Notes: generated by a model not told the origin, from the sequence alone. Positions 23,469 through 57,459 are shown, numbered from the stretch's first letter. The stretch: 64,000 bases of DNA from the human T2T-CHM13v2.0 reference genome, Homo sapiens (GCF_009914755.1 NC_060925.1), one strand, 5' to 3'. Program-made: numbers and translations.

Positions 23469-24337
23469 AGTTAATATGTGTGAAAATATTTCTTCTTTTT
23501 CATAAGTAATTGAATGATTTTTGCTCTATTTTTTGAAATTTTGAAAATATTCATTAGCACCTTCTCTGACATGTAGGGATTTGGAACTCCAACTTGGGAG
23601 CTTCTGAATTAAGTGTAGTTTCTCAGTGGTCTCCTTGCAAATTTGGTACTATTAGGTCTCTGATGAAAGCGGTAATGGTAATTCTCAGAGTCACCACAAG
23701 AGGGAATAGAAATTTACTCTTGTGGCTTGTGAGGACAATTCAATTATATTTCTGATCTACCCACTTGGAAATAACTATTTGATATCCGAGCAACCAGCCC
23801 CTTCTTGGTATGTTAGATCTGGGACTTACACAAATGACTTAGTGTTAGTGTTTTGACTATCCTGAGTCTCTGTGGTTGAGCACTACAACACACATATGAA
23901 CAAAAGGATTCACAGCCTTTGGAGCATAACCTGTTTACAAGTAGCAGTAGAAGTACTAAAATAATAACAATGGCCAACATTTATTAAGTTAACATGTTTG
24001 GCGCTATTCTGTTTTCCATTAACCTATCCTATTATGATAGGTATTCTTATTATCTTATTTCCTCACTTTAAAGGTAAAAATATTGGGGTCTAGAGGTGAG
24101 GAAACTTGCCAAAGAAGACATGGCCATTAGAATGATTTATAGTTAATGAAAGGTAATTTCATAGTAGGAGAAAAAAAGAGACTATTTTAATGAAGGTTTT
24201 TTTTTTTTGACACAGTCTTACCCTCAAAAAACAATTAAATATATGTACTTTACTCTTAGAGAGTTTGTGTAAATAAACTAGCTTTTGTAAAAGCACCTGA
24301 CAAGTTCTGACATATAGTAGGAGCTAAGGACACACTT

Positions 24338-25050
24338 AGTTGGATGCCTCGGGAAACTTGGAAGCCGACCCTGAAACAGGATTTCTCAGTAAGAGATGTT
24401 TGTTTGTTTGTTTGGGAGACAGTCTCACTCTGTCACCCAGGCTGGAGTGCAGTAGCACAATCATGACTCTGCAGCCAGACTTAACTCCCAGGTCAATTGA
24501 TCCTCCTGCCTTAGCCTCCCGAGTAGCCGGGACTGCAGGCATGTGCCACCATGCCCAGCTAATTTTCTTAATTTTTGCAGAGATGAAATCTCACTGTGTT
24601 GCTCTGGTTGGTCTTGAACTTCTGGGCTCAAGTGATCCTCACCTTGGCCTTTCAAAGTGCTGGGATTACAGGCATGAGCCATCATGCCCAGCCTTTTTTT
24701 TCTCTTTTTTTTTTTGGCGGGGGTGGGGTGGGGGACAGGGTCTTAAGGAAACGCTCCAAGAAGTCAGTAGGGCATAGGAGAAGTTGAGCTGGGAAGGGAA
24801 AAAGCAAAAAGCCACGCAAAGGTGAGATTTCAGGCAAAGTCCTCAAGAGAGTAGTTTAATCCCTATTAATCCCTGAAGGAGCTCAAGAGTATAAACTCTA
24901 CCCAGAGGCAAGAATGCCAGTCTTTCAGACTCCTGCATCTAATCAATCATTTGCTAGAGACCAGGGAATAAGTAAGGAACAAAACCATTCTAGTAACTTG
25001 AGGATCTTCCTCTTTTGAAGTGTCGTCTCAGGAGCTGGTTACTGGGAGCA
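24338..25050. mobile_element. Ancient ERVL/MaLR-type LTR remnant interrupted by an AluJ (24400-24693, -)
   Basis: GAAGCCGACCCTGAAACAGGATTT...GAGCTGGGAAGGGAAAAAGC...AATCAATCATTTGCTAGAG resembles old LTR33/MLT1-type LTRs; family not resolved. Confidence 0.4.
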
Positions 25051-25321
25051 AAAACAAACAGAAGCCAAGGGAGGGTCAGGAGGAACTGGTAGAAGATCTG
25101 AGAAGATCTGGGCAGAGCGACAGTATACAGGGTCGTGGTTTTCTCTTCTCAGAAAAACTGGGCTCAAATTCTTGCTTTGCCACTTACCAGCTGTCTGCTG
25201 TTTCCCTTTCTTCATCCATAAAGTGGTCACAGTAAATTAATACCTGCCCTTACTTTCTCGCAGGATCAAAAAAGATAAAATGAAACAGTGCAGAGAAAGC
25301 CCTTTGAAAGTTAAAATGCTA

Positions 25322-28305
<2,984 letters not shown>

Positions 28306-31300
28306 TTAGAACTTGTCTAAGAGACAAATTTCAGTGAACACTGGAAAACCTGATAGATAAATTCTAAAAGAGGTGTAACACTGAAAATTTTAACTATACC
28401 AATAACCGTAATCAACTGATGGACATCTGGGAGCAAAGCTTTCCAACATTTTGCCTCTTCTTTCTGGTTCTCTGCTGTTGTTTCTCTTTTGAACAGCAGA
28501 TGGCAGGATAATCCCACAACAGGTGGTCATGATTTAATTTAATTGCAATGAGAAGAAAATTGCTTCTTTTCCCACATGTATTTCTTTCCCGAGATAAACA
28601 GTACATAGGGAATCTGCCTCTTTATTGGAAGTAAGATATGTAAGAAGGTAGCTTTTTATCAAGGAACAGCAAGGTAACTAACATAAATTCTGAGCCTTAG
28701 ATTATTACACTGTGCAAAACCAAGTTTCTGAGAAAGGAGCAAATGGAGGTTGAAAGCCAACTGTTAAAATTCCACATATTCTAGGTTTCCTCAGTTAATA
28801 ATCATAAAAAGTTTATAGCCAGAAAGTCACAGAGGCCCTTCTGTTGCAATTGTTAGGGTTTAGAGTCAGTGGGAACACCCTTCTCACCCAGGGGATTTTA
28901 AAAGCCAATCCCACCTCCTCCCCACAGTCCTCTCCTCTAACGCTCATTTCCCATCGCCTCACAAAATTGCCAGGGTAATTGACTCTTAGATGAGATGAGT
29001 TTGACTTTCTACCCTGATTTTGTAACAGAAGTTCTTTTGGTGAGGTTCTTTGTTTGAAAATGCACAATAAAAATGGCTTTAGAATGACTTCAGAGGACTC
29101 TTTCTTTTTCTGGTGCCAATAACAGATTCCAAAGCAGCTATTATTCGAGGTGGGTGATAGCATCCCTTGAGTCTGTTTAAGTATCGGTTTTCAAAGTGCC
29201 TAGGAACCTGAAATGTCCTGTATGGTATATTTGCAGGTGCATAATTGGCCAAGTGCTCCAGGGGTTATAAAGATTGCCTTCCTGTAGTTGGAATAGACAG
29301 ATTTAGCCTCTTACTGAAACTGAAGGCTGCAATGTCGATAACAAATCTGATTCTAACTCTCCTGTGTCACTTCAGCCCAAAGGTGCCTTTGTCTCCCAGG
29401 AGAAAGAGGTTAGAGGTAAGTGAATGGCCCTTAACCAGAGCCATGTAGAAAACATTGCTAAGGAAGACTTCTGTCCTGAGAGTGGAGGTTTAGGGCTGTT
29501 GTGTGTGAAGTAAATTTGCTTTGTTCACAGCCAATCTGACTGAATGCAAGTATTGCTGAGGTGACTGGAGCTGAGCAGCAGCAAACTGCTTTAAAAGCAG
29601 CTTTCAGTGGGAAACTTTAAGCATACAATGACTTTATTTTTGTTAAACATAATTCTCCAACCTTGCTTTTTTATTGCACTAACCAAAATAAATCTGGATA
29701 AACTTAAAAGGCTGCCTTGATGTCAGTAGGAAAATGGATATTGTCTCTCCCAAAAGTGTTTGAATGGTAGTACATAATCCAGCTACATCCAGATAAGAAT
29801 ACACCTCCGCCTGTAGAAAGCTTTCCTGGAACGGAATATCACCAAGAGTATTCACTTTGGGGCTTGATGGTTCCAGCCCGTCTTACTAAAACTTCTAAAG
29901 AAATAGTTTGCCTGCTCTTTCACTCCTCCATTTGTAGTTAATACTTATGTGTACTTAGTGGTGTTCTGAACTCGTTTTATTTCTCAAGGCCTCTGGCATT
30001 TGATGATACCTGTGTAGCAGGAGCTTTCATCATACCAAACACAGGGTGGTGTTTAGTGGAGAAGGGGCCAGGAGAGGAAAAAAGCCTAGGCTTTTTCCTA
30101 AGTTACTTAACTTGGGAAACCAATGGGCTCCTTTTAAGATTAAATGTGTCTTTAAAATACCAGGATCTTCAGTTATGAAGATATGGGCAAAACTGCTTCC
30201 CCCAGACAAACCTGAGGTGGGGGATGTAGGTGTCACATTCAAATCAAAAAGGTGCCTCTCGACAGGAAAGATTTAATCAGCTCTCCTTCCCAGGATCGGC
30301 TGCCAGGTTTGAACATTTACTTGTCTGAGTTCCAGGCAGGAGACACTGCTAATTATGGGAGCAATTCCCATGGCTACAGAAAAGAACTGTCTGAGCTGGG
30401 GAGTCAAAGCTCTGATCAAGAGGGGACTGAGAGGAAAAAAGCCCCCAGCATTCTCAGAGGAAATTCTGGAGTTGACAAGATACATGCCTTCTCTGCAGGA
30501 ATGCCCCCTATGTCTGGCATTTGAAGATCTAGAAACATCCTTCCCTTCACCTTCCTAACTTACGTGTTAAGAATCCCTTTGTTTGACAAATAGAATTTTC
30601 AAAGCAGTTTCTTTCGTTCAAACACTACGTGATTAAGTTTGTTTTGGAAAAAAACACAGAATGAGGACTTTACTAAGAGTGATTCTCACAAATGATGGTA
30701 CCTGAAAAGAGGCAAACTTGGCCATCAGGGCAGCCAAAATGGCACAAGCATTTGGAACTTGTTGCCTTATCCTTGGCAAAAACACCACTGGATCCTTTCC
30801 GCTCTACGTAAAGTAAGCTGTGGCAAAGTTTACTTTTCTTGTGGCACAAAATCTAGACTCACAGTGAGCTTCTTCACCATTAGCTTCAATTTATATTCTG
30901 CCTCTCTTCTTTGTCCATTATTCAGGGCACCTGCTCTCTGTCCCTCCCCCACTCCTCCAGCTGTCTGTCTGTCTCATTTGTGTCAATTAGGAATTCAATA
31001 CTGCTTGATTTAACTGAATGACTTTCCCTGTACAGAATCTCAACTACAGACAGGGCATCAACCATCACTCCCATTCCCCAGAATAAAAAATTCTGAAAAG
31101 CCAAAGGCATGCAAGGATACCTAAGAAAGGAGCAAGAGGTCCTTGCTAGCTATGGCAGTGAGCCTGAGAAAGATGGCAAGACCGCATTTCCTGACACCCA
31201 GTTATGTATTTGGTGGCCTACCAAGAGTCAGCATTGCATCCAAGATCATTTGAGTCTACTCTATTTAGTAAAGGTTTTCAAAGAGGATCATAAGACTTAG

Positions 31301-31399
31301 AAATCAAGAACCAACTGGAAGAAATAAACTTTTTATATCATTTCCTAGTTTACAACATGCTTTCCCATCCTCAGAAGAATGACTTTGTCTTTCTGTTAA

Positions 31400-36585
<5,186 letters not shown>

Positions 36586-37459
36586 TAAAGAACACTCATG
36601 AGTTTTCTCTTTGAATCTAATAGTGTGAGAATATGGAAAATCCACAATATGGCATTTCAGCAAAACAGTGATGGGACTTTGCAACCCAAATGTTTCTTCT
36701 AACAATACCCATAGCAGACCAGCATGTCCACATCTAAATTGCTCAGCTCTGAGAATAATGGAAACTTTTTTAGTCACTGTTTATTCTACTTAGAATTGTA
36801 AACTATAGGAAGAAGCAGAGTGGTGTCCAGGGGGTCATCTTGTAAGAGAATGCTCTCCCAAATCTCGGGCTCTGGGCAGTCTGCCTGTCAAGTAAGATTG
36901 GGGGTCATTAAGATAATCCTCTCTTCTCACTTTCAGAGGATTCCCTCTAAAACACAAGTACCCCAGGAGGGGAATCACAGCTTAATCCTTCTTCGTTTAA
37001 CACTTGAGCTGGATTTAGGATATGAGGTGAGGAGTGGGCAGGAAGATTCATTTTACTAATTTTGTAATGCCTGGGGCAGAATTTGACCAGCTTTTTCCCA
37101 CATCAGTCTCCTTCCCCCTAAATATCACTCCACAAACAAATGCTACAGACTGCAATTGATTGAGAATAGGAAACTGTTTTTAATCAGCTACAATTCTATC
37201 AACCTGTTCTACTCTGCAAACGTAATTACCAAGAGATCACAGACCTAAAGGAGATTCTGTTTTCAAACATACCAAACCGGTGCCACGGAGAGTGAACCAG
37301 ATTATCTGCCTTCCAACTTGTGCCCTAAAGTGTAGACTTGGTTGTAGAGTGCCCACCTATGAGGTCACCATGTAGTATAAATAAGTATATACTGTATATG
37401 TAATTAACACCCAAATGTTTATACTCAAGTTGAGTGTCTTCTATGGCAAGTGCTATGAG

Positions 37460-37639
37460 CAGTGATTCTCCAACTCCTATCAGGGGATTAGTTAGGTACC
37501 TGAATGTATGCAAAAAATACAGATTCCTTAGCCCATCTTAGTTCTAACAAAACAAAATCTCTGGGAGGATACAACCTGATCATCTATTTTTTAAATAAGC
37601 ATCCAGTGATTATCATGAATGGCCAGTGAGGAATCCCTG
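37460..37639. mobile_element. MER5-like hAT-Charlie remnant
   Basis: CAGTGATTCTCCAACT...AATACAGATTCCT...AAAATCTCTGGGAG...TTTTTTAAATAAGCATCCAGTGATT...GAATCCCTG. Confidence 0.6.
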
Positions 37640-38189
37640 TAAGGGATACCCAAGAAATACCTTTATATATTTTATAAAGGTATATAAAATATAGTTTATT
37701 TGTAAAGTTAGACCTGAGATATGAAATAACTGAACATGATTTTCACTAGAGTGGTCAACAATTTGGAACACTACATAATGCTATCGATGTACAGGAAGGG
37801 AGAAATTAGTAGTGGGGAAGACTGAGTTGAGGAAATAAGACCCTGGTGGGCCTCAAGGTTCAGATAGGATTTGAATAAAGGAGAGAGAAGCATGTGGAGG
37901 AAAATCAGTAGGGAAATGAACAAAGGTTCGGAGGCAGGAACATAGGGGCACGTTCTCAGAACGGTGAGTTTGGCCAAATTAGAATAGACACTTTGATGAA
38001 GAGTTAGAAATAGTGATTGATAAGTAGGGTTGGGACAGAATACACAAGGTCTTAGAAGTCAGGCAAAAAAGTCTAACGTGACTGAGATGGGAAAATAGGA
38101 AGTAAAATCAAATCACCAACTGAGTAAAATACATTCTGAGTAATAGAAAGGGCATGGGTTTTGGTACATACTTAAGAGTTAAGCGGGCT

Positions 38190-44515
<6,326 letters not shown>

Positions 44516-46189
44516 TTGAGGAGTTAATTCTTATAAAGGGCTTAGAACAAACAGTGTCTGGCTCACAGCTATTATTATTCCTGCATGTTTGTAAGATAAG
44601 TTAAAGGTAGAACAGAAAAATTATTTCTTCCAGGCACTTGGGTTTTCTGCCTGCATCTTTACAAGCCTGGATTACTGAAGCGTTGGTATTGAGGTTTTGG
44701 CTTTATAAGGAAGTAGACATTCAGAAAGAGGCTCAAGAGTCATTTGTGAATGAATGCCCCTCAATCTTGGGCTGGTTAAGAGCAGGGTAGAACTGTTATT
44801 TAAGAGGGAGCGTAAATGCCAGAAGAATCATAATCTATCAGATGAGATCCAGCATGATCTCTTCCTTTTCTTCCTGTTGCAAAAAAAAAAATTTTTTTTT
44901 CAGACAAAAATGTGTAATTGTGGCTCCTAGCTGATCTAACAGAAGAATTAAGTGGTCTACGTGGACAATATTTTGTGCTTTTTAAATATTTGGATTAAAA
45001 AAAAACATGAAAACATGACCTCCTTCCACTCCCCGCCCCCCCACCCCGCCCCCGAATAAAACCCACTTTTAAAGTCTTGGTCATATAGCAGTTTAGTACA
45101 GAAGTCTACAAAATGTCATGGGTTCCACAGAAACTTACGTTTGGTTGTGTTGTATGGTCTACAATATAGATGCTACACTAACACTGAAGAAATTAGCTTA
45201 GATTGTGTTAAATCGTGTTAAAACACATTAAATAAATGCAAAGAGCCCAGAACAAAGAAAGTGATTAAGCTGGTTTAACCGCATTCAGCCCACTATGCTA
45301 AATCCCCTTAGGGGGCTCAAGTTAAACAACAAATTTGGTTTCTTGGCCTAAATCTTTTTCTTCAAAGAAGAAATTTTCCTGTGATTCTGATAAGTTTGTT
45401 TTCATTTTTCAGTCCCAAGGGACGTTGGGTGAAAATATCCTATCTGATTGGAGTTGCATTTGAGGAAGAGATGTACTAGAGAATAGAATAGAGGGCGACG
45501 GGTTATTGGGTTCCTTGAACGAACTGAGGCATGGGAGGTGTGCGATTGTTCAGCCCCAGAAAAAGGCCAGCTAGTGACACCCGGGATGAAAATTTTATCC
45601 GGCAGTGAATCAAATAAGGCTGCGAGGGAGATAATAAGGTGTAATTATAGCAGTGCTGTTAGTGCCTGTTTATGGGGTCTGGCAGCAATTTGGTTGATCA
45701 CCCCTCATTTTGAGAAATTTGTAATTTGGCAGTAAGAATTCTTGCCTTAACATTTGGCACAAACCCTCACAGTTTAATATTGCAAAATCTGGGAAATGTT
45801 GAAATGTGGCTGCTATTCTAATTGAACTTTTTCAGGCTCTTTCGAATTCGTGTTTTTCCTGTTGGATTCAGAAACAAACGCCTCTCTTTTGAAAAGTTCA
45901 TGAGGTTTTTAAAAATCACAAACTCAAGTAAGCTTACAAGCGAATGTACTGCTGTAAAAAACTCTCGTGACTTAAATCTTAGTGTACAGACGGGGGAAAA
46001 GCTGTCACTCGAAAAACCCGAGTTCCTTCTGTTGGTAGCCCTTTAAAAATTCTCCACAATCAGTACTTTAATTCATTTGGCTCAGAGCAGAGCAGCGTGG
46101 CGTTTGTTGCTCTTCGTTTTACCAACCGACCGTTTCCCCCAAGATTACTCCCCGTTGTTTTAAAGTAGAAGGGAGGTCACTAGGCGAGT

Positions 46190-47540
46190 GAAATGTGGCC
46201 CACGCAGACTGGGACAAGTTGGCCCAACGTGCTTCTCTAAAGTAACTGGAAGTTTTCTGACAGGAAACCGGTCAGTTCTTGTGTCTCTCAGCTCTGGTTC
46301 CCACGGCCCCGGCGGCAGCTGCGCCCCCGACGCCCCTCTCGGAGCCCCGCAGGGGCGCAGAGCACTGTGGGCGGCAGGGGGCAGCAGCGGGAACCCGTTG
46401 TTCTAGAGGCGGGGGATGGGGCGGGAAGCCGCCCCCCCTCCGTTTCCGCGCCCCACTCCCTCCCCTCCCCCGCTCGCGCCCTCCCTCCCATCCGCGGAGA
46501 GAAGGGCGGGGGCGCGGAGCCCTCCCGCGGGACAGGGGGCGTGTGCGTCCCCTCCGCACCCCTCCCCCCGGCCCGGCTCTCCTGGCTCCCCGAGGCGGGA
46601 GTTTCCAGGAAGAGCTCAGAGCGCGGCCGCACCACCGAGCGCACGGAGACATCAAGTAGTCCCTCAGAGCGACCTTGTTAGAGGGGAATTCTAGTTGCGA
46701 GGGGCTGTCGGAGTTGGAACCCCGAAGAGATAAGGGGTAGCGGCCCAGCCAGCAGGATCTCAGGTAGTTAGGTCTGAGCGCCCACTTCCATTCCTGGAGA
46801 AGGATGTGTGGGGGAGGCGGAACGAGTTCCGGCGGAGGGCTCGGGCGCGCCCGGTGGAGTGAAGCGCCGCGCGGTCGAAGGGCTCACAGAGTTGAAGTGG
46901 GCGGGAAAACCCGGAGCGGACTCGCTCCGACACGCCCAGGGCCTCCTGCCCTATTCTTCGTGGGGGAGGGGAACGAAAAGAGCAAAAGAGAACAACGTGT
47001 TCCCTTCCTCGGCTTCCTAACTCCCGGCCGAGGAGACAGGAGCCCGCCCGCCACTTCGAGGGACACGCTGCGGGCCTCTCAGATCCCGGCGGGGCGAGGA
47101 GGGCCGCGCGGCTGCCGTTCTAGCGTCCGCACCGTCGACGCTGAGCGCGCGGTCAGAAACCCGGGTCTGCGGACTAGAGGTGCTGGGCGCGCGCTTCCCG
47201 CCCCTTTTCTGAGCGCGTTCACCTCCCCCTTTCCCCCACGTTCCTCAGCCGCCACCTCAGAGCCTTCCCCGCATCCAGCTCTCTCTCTTCGGGAGAGGCG
47301 GCCCGTCTTGCCCATCCACTGAATAACCCCTTCACCCCAGTTTTTTCGACCCGCCTTTCCTGAGCTTCGGTACAAACTCCGCAGCTAGAGCTCAGCTTTC
47401 ACATTCCCGCCTCCGCCCTCAGTCTCCCCTCCCAACCCTGAAGCACTTCCTGCAAACTGCCTTGTTCTCGCTCCTCTCCGCCCCGCCGCCTCCTTGCTCT
47501 TACTGGATGGCTGCTCTCACGTTGGCTGGGCGGCGGGTTA
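46190..47540. promoter_or_regulatory. Non-repeat CpG island; candidate promoter or enhancer with no recognisable gene
   Basis: Abrupt GC- and CpG-rich unique sequence with GC boxes (GGGGCGGG), several E2F-type GGCGGGA(A) sites and ETS-type CACTTCC sites. Confidence 0.88.
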
Positions 47541-48091
47541 TGATCCTGTATTCCTGCCTTCCTCAGAGAGCAGCCTCCTTCCCCATTTTAGAGATGGGGA
47601 AATTAAGGTCCACGGCTCTGACGGCCTGACCCCTAAAGGCTCCTCGAGTTCCCGAAATCCAGCACCGTAACTGCCGCTAGAAGGATAAACCCTCGACTTT
47701 CTCTAATTTAAGCAACCTTAGAAAACCAGCGCCTAAACCTTTCCTCTTAGGACCCTCAAGCTTTCTGACCAAACACCACCAGCCCAGTTAGCAAAAGCCA
47801 TAGAAATAATGTACATCGCAGGTCAACTGTGTAACGATGACTTACGTTAGAAGAAGGGCCAGTGAGAGATTTTAGCTGGCATACGGGGTTTATAGACGTG
47901 AGACAGGTTATCTTTTAAACGTAAAGTCGTTTTTAAGCACGATGTGTAATGCTTTCTCTTAGATTTTGTAATTATCCTATTCGCTGTCCCGGCTCAACAC
48001 TGTTCCTTAGGGTTTGAGAACATTTTCATGAAATGTGACCCCTCAAAAAAACACCAAACTACCATTTTAATTTTAAAAGATAGCTTTTCCT

Positions 48092-51751
<3,660 letters not shown>

Positions 51752-52379
51752 TTACAGTCAAGTGATTGAACATATAACTGAAACCTAAGTACTTTTTGAC
51801 CAATTTAGAAAGCGTTGCATTTAAACTGTATTTTTCAAATTTACCTTTCTGATGTGACCTTATGAGCTTTAGTTTCTTTTGGCTCCTTTAAAATATTTCT
51901 GCCAAGCTTCTGCCTCTGTGTCCAGAGTTCACTGCAACTTCAACCTCATTGTTACATCCTGGTCTGCAAACTGATACCTCTTATGGGGTTGGTGCTATAA
52001 GATAATGTAACTGGGTTTTCAGTCCTATTTTATTTCTAATATTTAAATTCAGAACTTTAATCGGAAGAACCCCAAGAACATTGTCTTTCTTAAGTAAAAT
52101 GAAAAAATTATATGTGAAAATGTGTTACCTCTTATTAAATCCAAGGTTAATTTTAAGAACCTTTGTATATTACTGTATTGATATTCATAACCTACAACAA
52201 TGGCCCATGTACATTAGAGTCAAAATGCTGTGGTTCATGTATTACTGAACTGGAGAGCAGTGGCACTATTTAATTTCTTGAGGGAAAATCACATTGTAGA
52301 CCAACACCTATAGAAAAATTGATAGCAATTGTCAGCTTTATCATAATGGAATTCAGACATTTCCTTTATCATCAGCCTC

Positions 52380-53875
<1,496 letters not shown>

Positions 53876-54411
53876 ATTGTTTTAGATCATTTGTTCCACA
53901 TCTTCATTTTGAAGAGGTGAAAATTCAGATTTTGAAAGATGAAGATTTGCTGAAGGTCACACAACAATTTAGTGGCAGAGTTAGGGCCAAAACCCAGATC
54001 TGCAGAAGTCAGTCCTCGTTTTACAACACCAACTGAATCCTTTGGTGTTTTTTTGGATGGCAAAGGTTGAGCCACCCCTTTTTACTTCTCTTTTTTAGTT
54101 TTTTAGTTCCTTAGAGCTAGTTCCTTTTATTAGGGAACCAGAGTAACGTAACTAAATGCTTCTTTCAGTTCCTTCGTGATTAGGCAAAGATCAGTTTGAA
54201 GTTTTTGAGCTGTGGAGTTTGGAATATCCTTTACCTTTTGTAGGCTCAATGTCTTTCTTATTGCCAGCCTTTTCCTGCATATGGTTTGTTTCTTTTATAT
54301 GGTATTATTTGTACTCCCTCTCCCATATAATGATGTATTATTGTTTAAATTTCTTTCTGTAAGCCACTGCATTTCAAGGTCTCATAAATATTATCTACTC
54401 TAAAGATAATT

Positions 54412-54735
<324 letters not shown>

Positions 54736-54835
54736 TCATTTCTGTGATTCTATGACTCAGTTTCCTTAATTGGTAGACAACTAAGGCATAATATACTGAA
54801 AAAAAGGAGAATATAGCATCTCAGAATTATATTCT

Positions 54836-55220
54836 TTTTTTAAACTTTTATTTTAGATTTGGGGATACATGTAAATATCAGTTACATCGGTAAACTCATG
54901 TCATGGGGGTTTGTTGTAGAGATTATTTCATCACCCAGGATGAAACCAGTACCCAATAGTTATCTTTTCTGCTTAAACCCAGTACCCAATAGTTATCTTT
55001 TCTGCTCTTCTCCCTCCTCCCACCCTCCACCCTCAAATAGACCCCAGTATCTCTTGTTTCCTTCTTTGTGTTCATAAGTTCTCATCATTTAGCTCCCACT
55101 TATAAGTGAGAATATGCGGTCTGGTTTTCTGTTCCTGCATTCGTTTGCTGAGGATAATAGCCTCCACCTCCATCCATGTTCCTGCAAAAGACAGGATCAT
55201 GTTCTTTTTTATGGTTGCAT
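54836..55220 (-). mobile_element. 5'-truncated older L1PA (about PA13-16) 3' end
   Basis: CATTTAGCTCCCACTTATAAGTGAGAATATGCGG and CCATCCATGTTCCTGCAAAAGAC. Degenerate TSD CAGAATTATATTCTT (54822) / CAAAATTACATTCTT (55221). Confidence 0.88.
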
Positions 55221-55411
55221 CAAAATTACATTCTTAAAGGGTTTAATCTAATCACAATAATAGAACTTAATAGTTTTAGTGGTTAACTGAGTAATATCAG
55301 CTTTGTCAAAAAATTAAGAAATCAAATCTATCATTTTCCACATAAATCGGCTAACTGCTAATTGTCGTCAGTGTGAGCACTCCTTGTCTCCAAATGAGAT
55401 AATGTAAAATA

Positions 55412-55483
55412 TTAAGTTAGACCATATGAAATTGTCATTTTCATAGCAATCGAATATCAACAATTTCATATGGTTCAACCTAA
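55412..55483. mobile_element. MADE2-like mariner-derived MITE
   Basis: Terminal inverted repeats with a perfect 15-bp core (ACCATATGAAATTGT 55421-55435 / ACAATTTCATATGGT 55460-55474), flanked by TA on both sides. Confidence 0.75.
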
Positions 55484-55696
55484 TATCAGTAATGATATTA
55501 CGAAGTAGTGGCATATTTTCTCTTCTCTTACTTCATTAGTAGAAGCACTTAAAGACAGCTCAAGAGTCACCTGCTCTTTATTCTCCAACTTCTCAGTTTT
55601 CTTTCCCTACCTTGGCTGTTCTTCTATGCTGACAATCGCTATGAGATTCTTGCTAGGCTTCAGATTCCTCCAAATTTCCATCTTGGCTTACATTAG

Positions 55697-56200
<504 letters not shown>

Positions 56201-57008
56201 TAGGAAGGTTAGAGTCCTTCCTAAGATTTATGGGGTTAGGCTGGGTGCGGTGGCTCACACCTGTAATCCCAGCACTTTAGGAGGTTGAGGCAGGAGAATC
56301 ACTTGAGCTCAGGAGTTTGAGACCAGCCTGGGCAACATAGTGAGACCTCGTCTCAATTTATAAAAAAACAAGGCCTCCCTCGGTAAAGTCCCTCTTGGTT
56401 AAAAGTGGATTTGGCACTATGGGATGTTAACCACCATTCTGTTTGGATTAATCTGCCTTGCAATCTTTGCTGATGGCTGTGGGTGACAGGATTAGGCAAG
56501 TATAGAATCACGGGATATGGGGAGCTTTTTTTCTCCCCAAAGGGAGAAACTTGAGAGCTGATGGGACTGCTGGAAAAAAAAAAATCCCTTCCTGACTCAC
56601 AAGCAGCCACCTGAGCTTTTGATTCAGTGTCGCTGCAATGGGTGGGCCTTTCTCTGGCCTCCCTAGCTCCTAGCCTTCCCCACCCCACTGCAGGCAATGC
56701 TTCTCTTTCTCTCTGACTCCTTTCCCTTTCCTGTCTTTTCTGTACTCAGGGCAACTGTCTATTCTTCCTTCTTGCCCAGAGACCACATGTTGAAATTCCT
56801 GGTTGGAGGTCATTCCACCCCATACTGAGTGGATCAAAGATGACAGGGCCCAACCGGAGGCAAGTTTGAGCTTTGCCAGTTAAATATTGGCCACTAAGGG
56901 GAATGGCTAATGTCTATGTTTTGTGACACGTATTTTGCTCTGGTTGGAATGGGAAAGGTTAATTTGGTTCCCCCATGCAGCTAGTTGGGTGGCATCTTGC
57001 AAAATTGA

Positions 57009-57329
<321 letters not shown>

Positions 57330-57459
57330 TAGGCGTGAGCCACTGTGCCCAGCGATGATTTTCCTTTGTATTGTGGCTAGGCCCCCAGGGCTATGGTGCA
57401 GCAAGCAGGGTTGCTAGGGCCACTCAGGAAAAGGGAACCCGGCTGGGAGTGGTGGTTCA

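Noticed and set aside
37951-37961. Isolated GAS-like palindrome GTTCTCAGAAC and other lone TTCN3GAA sites
   Set aside because: A motif with six fixed bases occurs about once per 4 kb by chance, and this one lies in L2-like sequence.
46188-47375. Overlapping ORFs up to 172 aa in the CpG island (e.g. 46804..47322, ATG start)
   Set aside because: Long stop-free frames on both strands are expected at this GC content, and no domain is recognisable. Ribo-seq or PhyloCSF support would be needed.
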